From Myxococcaceae bacterium (lineage in GTDB: Bacteria; Myxococcota; Myxococcia; Myxococcales; Myxococcaceae): 64,000 nt of DNA. The position numbers and the translations under genes were made by a program. Below, one piece after another: positions 8,619-16,745 of the stretch. Positions within the stretch are counted from its first letter, which is position 1. Every line of letters begins with the position of its first letter. The notes beneath the pieces were generated by a model that saw only the letters and a program-made list of their open reading frames with translations, was not told the DNA's origin and ran no database searches. Location of the stretch: the NCBI GenBank assembly GCA_046351675.1, contig JAXLYB010000002.1, forward strand, positions 64,001 through 128,000, given 5' to 3'.

Positions 8619-9479
8619 TCAAGGCAGCAACGCCTCAGCAAAGCGGGCGGCCGCGGCGGGCTCGTGTCGAAAGAAGAGCTCTGGCTCGACGAGCTCGAGC
8701 TCCATCACGTGCAGGCGGCCTTGCCAGTCCACCGCGTCGACGCGGCCGTAGGTGCTGCCGGGCGCGGCTTGCGCGAGCAGCGCGGTGGCTTCGTCGATCT
8801 GCGCGCGCGTCGGCTGGAACGGTGAAGACTCGCCGCCGTAGTCGTGTTGCACGCGCCAGTCGCCCGACTTCGGGCGCTTGTGCACCGCGTGGCTGAAGAC
8901 GCCACCGAAGAAGATGAACGAGTACTCGCCCGTCGCGATGGACGGCACGAAGGGCTGCACCAGCCAGACTTCTCCGTCGGCGAGGGGCACTTCGGCGGCG
9001 CGGGTGAGCACCGCGTCACACTCGGCGGCGTCGAAGACCTGCGCGCCGACGGCGTTGGCCGTGAAGGCCGGCTTGAGCACGGCGCGCTTCCAGTTGCGCT
9101 CGGTGAGCACTGAGGGAAGGCGATGGAGCGTCTCTCGGGTGAGCTCGACGGTCGGCACCACGGCGACGTTCTTCGCGGCGAGCTTCGCGAGGTAGGTCTT
9201 GTCGGCGAAGGCCGCGAGCATCGGCTGCGGGTTCACCACGCGGGCGCGCGTCTGGGTGAGTTCGGTCGCGATGAAGCGGCGGAAGGCGTCTCGGTGGTGG
9301 AACCAGTCCCACGGGTTGCGCATCACGACGACGTCGAAGGTGTCCAGCGTGGTGGTGGGGGCGCGCGTCCAGGAGAGGGGGACGACTTCGTGGCCTCGGC
9401 GGCGGAGCTCGGTGGCGGCGAGTTGGTCGTCGTCCCAGAGGTGGGGGAACTTGTCGCAGGTCAGGAGTCCAACACGCAT
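8619..9479 (-). CDS. ATP-grasp domain protein (RimK/glutathione-synthetase-like ligase)
   Basis: 286 aa. The general ATP-grasp layout is present, with a small N-terminal domain and a central region that includes LKPAFTANAVGAQVF and WLVQPFVPSIATGEYSFIFFGG. Confidence 0.5.
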   Translation of the reverse strand: MRVGLLTCDKFPHLWDDDQLAATELRRRGHEVVPLSWTRAPTTTLDTFDVVVMRNPWDWFHHRDAFRRFIATELTQTRARVVNPQPMLAAFADKTYLAKLAAKNVAVVPTVELTRETLHRLPSVLTERNWKRAVLKPAFTANAVGAQVFDAAECDAVLTRAAEVPLADGEVWLVQPFVPSIATGEYSFIFFGGVFSHAVHKRPKSGDWRVQHDYGGESSPFQPTRAQIDEATALLAQAAPGSTYGRVDAVDWQGRLHVMELELVEPELFFRHEPAAAARFAEALLP

Positions 9480-9510
9480 GGCGAAGCCATATCTCGCTGA
9501 GGGGCCGACG

Positions 9511-9578
9511 GGTTACTCCTCACCCCGACCCTCTCCTCTGAAGAGGAGAGGGAGAGCGGTGATACGACGCGCATCACC
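9511..9578. repeat. palindromic repeat unit followed by a second small hairpin (GGTGAT-ACGACGCGC-ATCACC), ending 1 nt before the ATG at 9580
   Basis: GGTTACTCCTCACCCCGACCCTCTCCTCTGAAGAGGAGAGGGAGAG then CGGTGATACGACGCGCATCACC. It occupies the divergent promoter region between 9479 (-) and 9580 (+). Confidence 0.8.
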
Positions 9579-9579
9579 C

Positions 9580-10524
9580 ATGCGCGCGCTGCAGCTCAAA
9601 TCGTTCGGCGGCCCCGAGGTCCTCCACTTCACCGACGTCTCCGTCGGCGCCCCGGGCGAGAACGAGGTGCTCATCGACGTCTACTCGGCCGGCCTCAACT
9701 TCGCCGACACCGAGCGCCGCCGCGGCCTCTACCTCGCTGATCAACCGCTCCCCGCGACGCTCGGCCTCGAGGGCAGCGGCGTCGTCACCGCGCTGGGCGC
9801 AAAGGTGCCCGAAGTGTGGCTCGGCCGCCGCGTCGCCTTCCTCGCCAACGGCGCCTGCGCTGATCAATGCCTCGCGCCGGTCAGCAAGCTCATCCACCTC
9901 CCCGACTCGCTCGACTTCGCGCGCGGCGCCGCCTTTCCCGTGCAGTGGCTCACCGCGTGGCACCTCGTGCACACCGTCGCGAAGCTGCAGCGCAACGAGC
10001 GCGTGGTCATCCAGTCGGCCGCCGGCGGTGTCGGCCAGGCGCTCGTACAGCTCGCCCGCGAAGCCGGCGCGCAGGTGACCGCCGTCGTCTCGCGCGACGC
10101 GAAGAAAGACGTGGTCCGCGCGCTGGGCTGTGCCGACGTGCGCCTCCGCGGAGACGCCCTGCCCGTCGTCGACGTGGTGCTCGAAGCAGTCGGCGCCGAG
10201 GTCGTCACCTCGACCATCGCCGCGCTCACGCCCTTCGGCCGCTGGGTGAACTACGGCACTTCGTCCGGCCCGCTGCCCGCGCTCGACGTCGACAAGCTCC
10301 TCTTCCCCAAGTCACTCTCGTTCAGCTCGTACTGGCTGCGCAGCGAGCACCCGCCCGGGACGTGGGACACCGGCGTGCGTGAAGTGCTGGCGCGCCTCGT
10401 CGACGGCCGCGCGCGCATGCTCGTCACCAGCGCCCCGCTCGAAGACGCGGCGAAGTGGCACCGCCGGCTCGAGGGCGGCCTCACCACCGGCAAGGTCGTC
10501 TTTCAGGTGCGCGGCACGAGGTGA
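9580..10524 (+). CDS. MDR-family zinc-binding dehydrogenase / quinone oxidoreductase
   Basis: MRALQLKSFGGPEVLHFTDVSVGAPGENEVLIDVYSAGLNFAD... is a classic Qor/MDR N-terminus. The GxGxxG NAD(P)-binding segment is VIQSAAGGVGQALVQLAR. The ATG at 9580 is in frame inside the longer ORF 9199..10524, whose 5' part crosses the repeat. Confidence 0.75.
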   Translation: MRALQLKSFGGPEVLHFTDVSVGAPGENEVLIDVYSAGLNFADTERRRGLYLADQPLPATLGLEGSGVVTALGAKVPEVWLGRRVAFLANGACADQCLAPVSKLIHLPDSLDFARGAAFPVQWLTAWHLVHTVAKLQRNERVVIQSAAGGVGQALVQLAREAGAQVTAVVSRDAKKDVVRALGCADVRLRGDALPVVDVVLEAVGAEVVTSTIAALTPFGRWVNYGTSSGPLPALDVDKLLFPKSLSFSSYWLRSEHPPGTWDTGVREVLARLVDGRARMLVTSAPLEDAAKWHRRLEGGLTTGKVVFQVRGTR

Positions 10525-11360
10525 TTGCGCGCGGTGGCCTCGTGGTTCGAGAGGCCCTGGCGCGGCACCAGCTTCTCCATGCGCACCTTCGCGCCGCCCG
10601 CCGCTCGCAACTGCGCGTCGCGGTCCGCGGGGTACGAGCCGGTCGCCACCACCACGACGTCCTTCACGCCGTCGAGCCCGCCATTCTTCACCGAGTTGAG
10701 AATCGAGCTGAACGCGCCCGGCCCGTTGGTCGACTCGTAGAGACAGTCGAGCAGCACGAGCTGATCAGCCTTGAGCGAGTCGGCCTTCATCGCCGCCGCC
10801 AGCGCGCGCCCACCGGCCGAGTGCGCTGACACCACGTACTTCGTTCCGTCAGACGGAGTGACGCCTGCGCCCGCGAGTGCATCGCGCGTGGTCTGCGCCT
10901 CGTCCTTCACGTTGTTCCAGTTCGTCGAGCTCGCCCCGACGTTGGCCTGCGCCTCGGGCAGCACCCAGATGCGCTGCGGATCCTTCGTCAGCTGTTCCTT
11001 CATGTTGCCGGTGTGCGAGCCGTTGGCCGCGGCCACGCTGGTGACGTCACCGTGGTAGTGCGTCTGCACGGTCGCAGGCTTCGACGCATCGAATCCGGGC
11101 GGCACGATGCTCAGCACCGGCGCTCCGCCGTTGGCCTGCGTGGTGGTGACCATCAACTTCGCGGGCGGCGTGCGCGACAGGAACTCGCCGTACGTCTTCT
11201 TCGCGTCTTCGATGGTCTTGCCCAGCGACGGATTCGTCCGCTTGAGCTTGCCGAGCTCGTCGGCGCTCATTGAGCCGACGTCGTAGCTCTTCGGCGGCAT
11301 GGGCGGGGTCGACGGCGTGGTGACGTTCCCCACGGGGCGGGTTCCAATCGGGCCGGGCAT
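10503..11360 (-). CDS. hypothetical protein, possible alpha/beta-hydrolase (AHSAG nucleophile-elbow-like motif)
   Basis: 285 aa with no N-terminal signal peptide. VVSAHSAGG resembles a GxSxG-type elbow. Codon use is GC3-rich. It is divergent from the cyclase gene. Confidence 0.4.
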   Translation of the reverse strand: MPGPIGTRPVGNVTTPSTPPMPPKSYDVGSMSADELGKLKRTNPSLGKTIEDAKKTYGEFLSRTPPAKLMVTTTQANGGAPVLSIVPPGFDASKPATVQTHYHGDVTSVAAANGSHTGNMKEQLTKDPQRIWVLPEAQANVGASSTNWNNVKDEAQTTRDALAGAGVTPSDGTKYVVSAHSAGGRALAAAMKADSLKADQLVLLDCLYESTNGPGAFSSILNSVKNGGLDGVKDVVVVATGSYPADRDAQLRAAGGAKVRMEKLVPRQGLSNHEATARNHLVPRT

Positions 11361-11390
11361 GAACGGCAGTCTGCGCTAGAACGGCGCCGC

Positions 11391-12578
11391 TTGCGAACCG
11401 CGAACCTCGCCATCGTCTTCACCGACATCAAGGGTTTCACGGAACGCACCAGCAAGCAGACGCTCGAGCAGAACGAGAAGCTCCTCAAGACGCACAACGA
11501 GCTGCTCGCGCCCCTCTTCAAAGGCCTCGGCGGCCGCATCATCAAGACCATCGGCGACGCGTTCATGGTGACCTTCGAGTCGCCCACCGCCGCGGTGTGG
11601 TCGGGCGTCGCGATTCAAGACGCGCTGTGGAAGTACAACCAGTCGGCGAGCGCCGACGAGCAGCTCCACGTGCGCGTCGCCATCAACGTCGGCGAGGTGC
11701 GCGTCGAGGGCAACGACGTCTTCGGCGAGCCGGTGAACATCGCCGCGCGCGTCGAGGGCCAGGCCGAGGCCGACGAGGTGACGCTCACCGAGGCGGTGTA
11801 CCTCTCGATGAACCGCGCCGAGCTCGCCACCGAGGAGCTGGGCAAGTTCGAGTTCAAGGGCATCCCCGAGCCGGTGAAGCTCTTCAAGGTCGCGCGCAGC
11901 ACCACCGTGGCGACCGAAGCGCCGTACGGCAACAAGGGCCTGGCGAAGGTGCAGGAGAGCACCGGCACCCAGCGCGCGCTGGACCTGGCGAGCACCGCGG
12001 CGTCGGCGGCGAGCACCGCGCTCGCGGGCACCTCGCGCCTCGTGCAGCAGTCGCTCGAGACGGCGAAGAAGCAGCAGCTCCCGGTGAAGCAGCTGGGGCT
12101 CGGTGCAGTAGCGGTCCTGGTGGTCCTCGGGCTCGGCCTGCTGCTGTTCGGCAAGAGCCCGGTGCAGAAGGCCATCGACGAGGCCGCGAGCGCGAAGCCC
12201 GAAGACCGGCGCGCGAAGGTCGAGACGGCGAAGCGGCTGATCAACGACGAGAAGGACGCGAAGCAGCGCGACCTCGACCTCGGGTTGCTCGCAGAGAAGC
12301 TCGGCGAAGCGAACGCGGCCGGTCACTACGTGCGCGCGGCGAAGGCGGGCTCGTCGGAAGCCGAAGACCGGCTCGTGAAACTGCTCAGCCACGCGAAGTG
12401 CGGCGTGCGCGCGGCGGCGGCGGACGCGGTGGCCGACCTCGGCTTGAAGCGCGCGTGCGGCAAGCTCGAAGACCTCGCCGAGAGCGGCGGCCCCGATGAC
12501 GGCGAGCAGGTGCTCATCTTCGGCTGCAACTCGAAGGAAGCGGCGAACGTCGCGCTCAAGCGCCTGAAGTGCTCCTGA
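11391..12578 (+). CDS. class III adenylate/guanylate cyclase with transmembrane segment and C-terminal HEAT-like repeats
   Basis: The N-terminal cyclase homology domain motifs are FTDIKGFT...IKTIGDAFMVTF...GEVRVEG...FGEPVNIAARVE. A hydrophobic segment follows (LGLGAVAVLVVLGLGLLLFG), and then a repeat region (AAADAVADLGLKRACGKLEDLAES). Confidence 0.75.
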   Translation: MRTANLAIVFTDIKGFTERTSKQTLEQNEKLLKTHNELLAPLFKGLGGRIIKTIGDAFMVTFESPTAAVWSGVAIQDALWKYNQSASADEQLHVRVAINVGEVRVEGNDVFGEPVNIAARVEGQAEADEVTLTEAVYLSMNRAELATEELGKFEFKGIPEPVKLFKVARSTTVATEAPYGNKGLAKVQESTGTQRALDLASTAASAASTALAGTSRLVQQSLETAKKQQLPVKQLGLGAVAVLVVLGLGLLLFGKSPVQKAIDEAASAKPEDRRAKVETAKRLINDEKDAKQRDLDLGLLAEKLGEANAAGHYVRAAKAGSSEAEDRLVKLLSHAKCGVRAAAADAVADLGLKRACGKLEDLAESGGPDDGEQVLIFGCNSKEAANVALKRLKCS

Positions 12579-12617
12579 AGCCCTCGGGAGCCGGTACGCT
12601 CCCGCGCGGGGGAACAC

Positions 12618-14342
12618 ATGAACAAGGTGCTGCTGCTGTGCGCTGCAGTCGTCGTTGCGTCGTGCGCGTCGGTGCGGTGGGGCGGTGCGGCGTCGATGGC
12701 CGAGGAGAAGTTCCCGTCGCGCGCGGAGGTCGCGAAGCTGCTCGCGCGGCCGCCGGTGCTCGACGTCGCGAAGGTGAGCGCCGACCCGGTCGAAGAGTGG
12801 GAGCTCGTCGGGCCCTTCCCCGACACGCTGACCGCGACCCCGGTGCGCGCCGAGAGCGCGTGGGAAAAGGCGCTGGTGTCGGCGAACCCCGCCTTCGCGC
12901 AGGCGCTCACCGAGGACCACCGCTGCATCGCGCGCGAGGTCGCCCGCTACGTCGCGGCGAAACAGAAGAGCTACCCGGGCCACTCGCTGGAGCGCTTCAT
13001 CGAGTCCCGCTGCGCGACGACCGCGAAGGACGTGCACCTGCGCAGCCTCACCGGCACGGTGCCGAAGAACGTCACCGAGGAAAAGTGGCTCGAGGAATGG
13101 AAGGCCGACCTCGCGAAGATGGCGAAGCTCGACGGCGCCGACCTCGCCGGCATCGCCGTGGCGCGCGAGGGAGACTCCGCGGCGTTGATCATCGCCACCT
13201 CGGAAGCGGGCGCCATCTTCGCCAAGCCCGTGCCCGTGGTCGCGAAGGGGCTCACCACCGTGGAACTGCGCGGGCGGCTCGGCCGCGGGGGCGCGTATCG
13301 CATCGGCGCGGTCATCAACCAGGGTGAGCTCGGCTCGGAAGAGTGTCACCCGCTCGACGCGACCTCGCCGCCGGAGTTCGCGTTCAGCTGCACCGTGAAG
13401 GCCGGCGACACGCGCGCGGCCGTCGAGATTGGCGCGTTCGACGAGGGCCGCATTCTCGGGCGCAAGGTGGTCGACTTCGTCGTCTTTCCCACCGGCGAAG
13501 CGCCGAAGAAGTGGTCGCGGCCGAAGGGCTCGCAGAACGTGCCCGAGGGACTCTTCGCGGCGCGCTTCCTCGCCGAGGTGAACGCCTTCCGCCAGCGCGC
13601 GGGCCTGGGAATGCTGACCGAGGCGAAGGACCAGTCGGCGACCGCTGCGCTGCTCGCACCGCACTACTTCGCCGCGAGCTTCGGCCAGACCGACCCGCTC
13701 GACGGCGACCTCGTCGCGCTGGCGATGATGGCCGGGTGGGACGTCCCGCTGGAGAAGGTGAGCTCGCACTTCGGCGGCGAGTGGATGTCGGGCACCCGCG
13801 ACCTCGGGCTGTTCCTCGAATTCGTGCTCGACAGCCCGTTCCAACGCCAGGCGCTCACCGACCCGCGCGCCACGCACATCGGGCTGGGCGCGGTGGACTC
13901 ACCCGGCGCGCTCGGCGTGCTCTTCGCGACCTACGTGCCGCTGCCGAAGTTCGACCGCAAGGAAGCCGAGATCGCCATCATCACCCGCCTCAACACGCTG
14001 CGGCTCGAGCGCAGCCTGCCGCTCGCGCAGTGGACGCTGTGGCCCGAAGACGAGGGCCAGGTCATCGAGGCCCAGCTCGCTGCGCACCGCTGGGGCCCCG
14101 CCGACGCCAGCCAGCACGCGCTCGAGAAGACCGCCGCCGTCGCGAAGGGCCGCGTGCGCGGGTACCTCCAGCTCGTCGACGACCTCGACCACTTCCAGTT
14201 TCCGCCCGAGGTGCTGCTGCGGCCCGACATCAACGTCTTCCTCGCGGTCGCCACGTACAAGGGCGAAGACTGGGCGCAGACCCGCTACGTCGTCTGCTTC
14301 GTGCTCGCGTCGAAGGGCGACATCGAGACCGCGTCGCGTTGA
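12618..14342 (+). CDS. hypothetical lipoprotein
   Basis: 574 aa. Signal peptide with lipobox (LLLCAAVVVASCAS). No confident domain assignment. Confidence 0.5.
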   Translation: MNKVLLLCAAVVVASCASVRWGGAASMAEEKFPSRAEVAKLLARPPVLDVAKVSADPVEEWELVGPFPDTLTATPVRAESAWEKALVSANPAFAQALTEDHRCIAREVARYVAAKQKSYPGHSLERFIESRCATTAKDVHLRSLTGTVPKNVTEEKWLEEWKADLAKMAKLDGADLAGIAVAREGDSAALIIATSEAGAIFAKPVPVVAKGLTTVELRGRLGRGGAYRIGAVINQGELGSEECHPLDATSPPEFAFSCTVKAGDTRAAVEIGAFDEGRILGRKVVDFVVFPTGEAPKKWSRPKGSQNVPEGLFAARFLAEVNAFRQRAGLGMLTEAKDQSATAALLAPHYFAASFGQTDPLDGDLVALAMMAGWDVPLEKVSSHFGGEWMSGTRDLGLFLEFVLDSPFQRQALTDPRATHIGLGAVDSPGALGVLFATYVPLPKFDRKEAEIAIITRLNTLRLERSLPLAQWTLWPEDEGQVIEAQLAAHRWGPADASQHALEKTAAVAKGRVRGYLQLVDDLDHFQFPPEVLLRPDINVFLAVATYKGEDWAQTRYVVCFVLASKGDIETASR

Positions 14343-14487
14343 CGGAAGCCCACGCACGTCACCACCGGCTGCGGCGGATACTTCGGCAGCTCACCGTGCG
14401 CGCACCGCAGGAAGACCGAGCGCGCCTCGACCACGCGCAGGTGCGCGCACTGGTGACACCTGCTGAGGGGAAACGGGAGCTCCGCCA

Positions 14488-15224
14488 TCACTCGCGCGGC
14501 ACGAAGACGCGCAGCTCGCCCGTCGTCTTGTAGTGGCCGAGCGCGCCCTGGCCGTCACCCGAGAGGCCCTGCCCCTTCGCGTTCGGCGTCAGCGTGATGA
14601 CCTTGCCGGTGCCCGGGTCGTTCGCGCTGTAGGTCACCTTGCCGTCGGCGCCCACCGACTTGCCGGTGATGCACACCCAGTGGTCGGTGCCGTTGCTGCC
14701 GCCGTTGCTCCCGGCCTTGTAGTCGACGCCGACGACGACCGGCCGGCCGGCATCGAGCTGCGCGTCGATGGTGGCGCGCGTGAAGCTCTCGCGGCGCACG
14801 TCGAGGTTGCGGGCGCGGCCCACGCGGCTCCAGTCGAGCGCGTCGCCGGCGTAGCCCTTGTTGTCCTTGAGCCAGGCGTTGAGGCCCTCGGGCGTCACGG
14901 GCTTTCCGCTGATGGCGCTCATCGCCATCGCGCTCGACGACATCGCGCAGCCCGAGCGGGGGTGGTGGTGTCGCCCAGGCGCTGGTGGCCCCAGCGCGCG
15001 TCGCCTTGCTTGAAGACGGGGACGCCGTTCGACGAGGTGATGTCGGCGGGGAGCGTGATGGTGGGCGCGGGCTCGAGGGTCTTCGGCTTCTTCGGCTGCG
15101 CTTGCCAGCCGGCGGTGCGCGTGGCGTCGGCGGGCGCGGCGGCCACCGGAAGACGTGGGCGGTGCGCGGGCGCGGTCCCCGGCGTGGCGACGCGAGGGGC
15201 GTTGGGGGTCACACGCTGAGGCAT
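14488..15224 (-). pseudogene. peptidase C39-like (papain-fold) secreted protein, interrupted by a -1/+2 frameshift in a C5 homopolymer near 14950
   Basis: ORF 14919..15224 encodes ...VPVFKQGDARWGHQRLGDTTTP and then runs to a stop. The next frame continues ...SGCAMSSSAMAMSAISGKPV...DHWVCITG, and together these give the C39-like pattern Q...W...GC(A/G).S.AM...H. One extra C in the run ACCACCACCCCCGCT would restore ...GDTTTPRSGCAMSSS... Confidence 0.45.
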
Positions 15225-15243
15225 GCTCCCGAGTGTATGCGAG

Positions 15244-15774
15244 TCAGGGGCTGACGAACTGCACCCCGTCGAACGCCACGGGCGGCACGCCGTCAGAGCG
15301 CTTCTGGCGGCTCGCGTCGGACTCGAACGGGGTGACCGTCACGATGACCTTGCGCGTGGGAATCACGTCGGCCGAGCGCAGCTCGTACCGCCCCGAGATA
15401 CCCGGCTGGCACTGCGTCACCTTCGACAGCTGCGTGCCCAGCGCAGTGCTCGGCAGGAGGATGACACCGCCGTCAGCCACCACCACGCCTGCGTCCGTGA
15501 CGCCGGCGTCGCTGATCCCCGCGTCGCTGGTGCCCGCATCACCCGAGCCGGCATCGACGGGCGCAGGCTCCGACCACGTCGCCGTCATGCAGAGCTCGGT
15601 GACCCGCTCGAGGTCCGCCCCGCTCACGCCGAAGGTGCTCAAGCCCATGCTGGCCGTCACCAGCACCTTGCCGTCGCTCTCGCGCGCCGCGGTCACCGAC
15701 GTCGGGAAGAACTCGACGCGAGAGCCACACGCCACGACCAACAACACCGCTGCCACCAGGAGGGTTCGGTTCAT
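15244..15774 (-). CDS. hypothetical lipoprotein
   Basis: Internal ATG (cat 15772..15774) gives MNRTLLVAAVLLVVACGS with a lipobox, then an Asp/Gly/Ala-rich linker. It lies 20 nt upstream of the C39-like gene on the same strand and is divergent from the ECF sigma gene. Confidence 0.55.
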   Translation of the reverse strand: MNRTLLVAAVLLVVACGSRVEFFPTSVTAARESDGKVLVTASMGLSTFGVSGADLERVTELCMTATWSEPAPVDAGSGDAGTSDAGISDAGVTDAGVVVADGGVILLPSTALGTQLSKVTQCQPGISGRYELRSADVIPTRKVIVTVTPFESDASRQKRSDGVPPVAFDGVQFVSP

Positions 15775-15893
15775 GGCGGCCGCGCTGTGCAAGCCGGGCA
15801 CCAGCACGGTGGAGCGAGCGTGCGCCATCCCGCTCCCTTTCGCGCGCGACAGGAGCGTCACGGCACGGCCGCGCCTGTGCCACGCTCGCCCCG

Positions 15894-16688
15894 GTGACGC
15901 CCTTCACGGCCTGGCTCACGCACCACACCGCGGCACTCGCCGAGCGCTGGCCCGGCGTCGCCCCGCCCGCCGACCCCTCGGCGATCGAGGCCCGCCTCAA
16001 CGGCGCGACTGATCTCCACGCCCGCGCTGGCGCCGACCTCCTCCTCGCCGACGCGTGCTTGCGCGGCGACACCCGCGCCCTCGAGTACCTCGACGCGCTC
16101 CTCCGCACCGAGGTCCGCCGCGCCGTCACCCCGCTCGACGCGAGCGGCGTCTTCGTCGACGAAGTGACGCAGCTCGTGCGTGAGCGCCTGCTCCTGGGCA
16201 CCGAGGGCCGGCGCCGCCTCGAGGACTACGCCGGCGAAGGCTCACTCGCGGCCTGGGTCCGCGCCGTCGCCGTGCGCGTCGCCCTCAACGCCCGCGCCCG
16301 CACGGGAAAAGAGGAGCTCGTCTCCCAACTCCCCGACGCGCCGCTCGCCGACCCCGACCCCGAGCTCGCGCTCTTGCGCGCCCGCCACAAAGAAGCCTTC
16401 CGCGACGCCTTCACCGCCGCGCTCGAGGTGCTCTCGCCGCGCGACCGCACGCTGCTCCGCCTCACGTCCATCGACGGCCTCAGCCTCGCGCGCGTCGGCC
16501 AGATGTATGGAAAAGACGCCTCCACCATCTCGCGCTGGTTGGCCGCCAGCCGCGAGGTGTTGCTGCAGCGCACGCGCGCCACGCTGGCCACGCGCCTGCA
16601 ACTCACCGAATCGGCGCTCGACAGCGTGATGCGCGCCGCCGATTCCGAGCTGCACCTGAGCCTCGCCCGCCTGCTGGAGTCGCGGTGA
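15894..16688 (+). CDS. ECF-type RNA polymerase sigma factor (sigma-70 regions 2 and 4)
   Basis: The region-2-like segment is ALEYLDALLRTEV...VFVDEVTQLVRERLL. The region-4 HTH is LSPRDRTLLRLTSIDGLSLARVGQMYGKDASTISRWLAASREVL. The N-terminal extent is uncertain. Confidence 0.7.
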   Translation: MTPFTAWLTHHTAALAERWPGVAPPADPSAIEARLNGATDLHARAGADLLLADACLRGDTRALEYLDALLRTEVRRAVTPLDASGVFVDEVTQLVRERLLLGTEGRRRLEDYAGEGSLAAWVRAVAVRVALNARARTGKEELVSQLPDAPLADPDPELALLRARHKEAFRDAFTAALEVLSPRDRTLLRLTSIDGLSLARVGQMYGKDASTISRWLAASREVLLQRTRATLATRLQLTESALDSVMRAADSELHLSLARLLESR

Positions 16689-16745
16689 CGAACTATTTTG
16701 CAAGGCCCCGCCGCGGGCCCTGTCCCCTCGTCAGGAGGAAGCACC

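Noticed and set aside
11376-13877. 833-aa minus-strand ORF
   Set aside because: It is antisense to the adenylate cyclase and lipoprotein genes. The translation is Arg/Leu/Ala/Gly low-complexity with no motifs.
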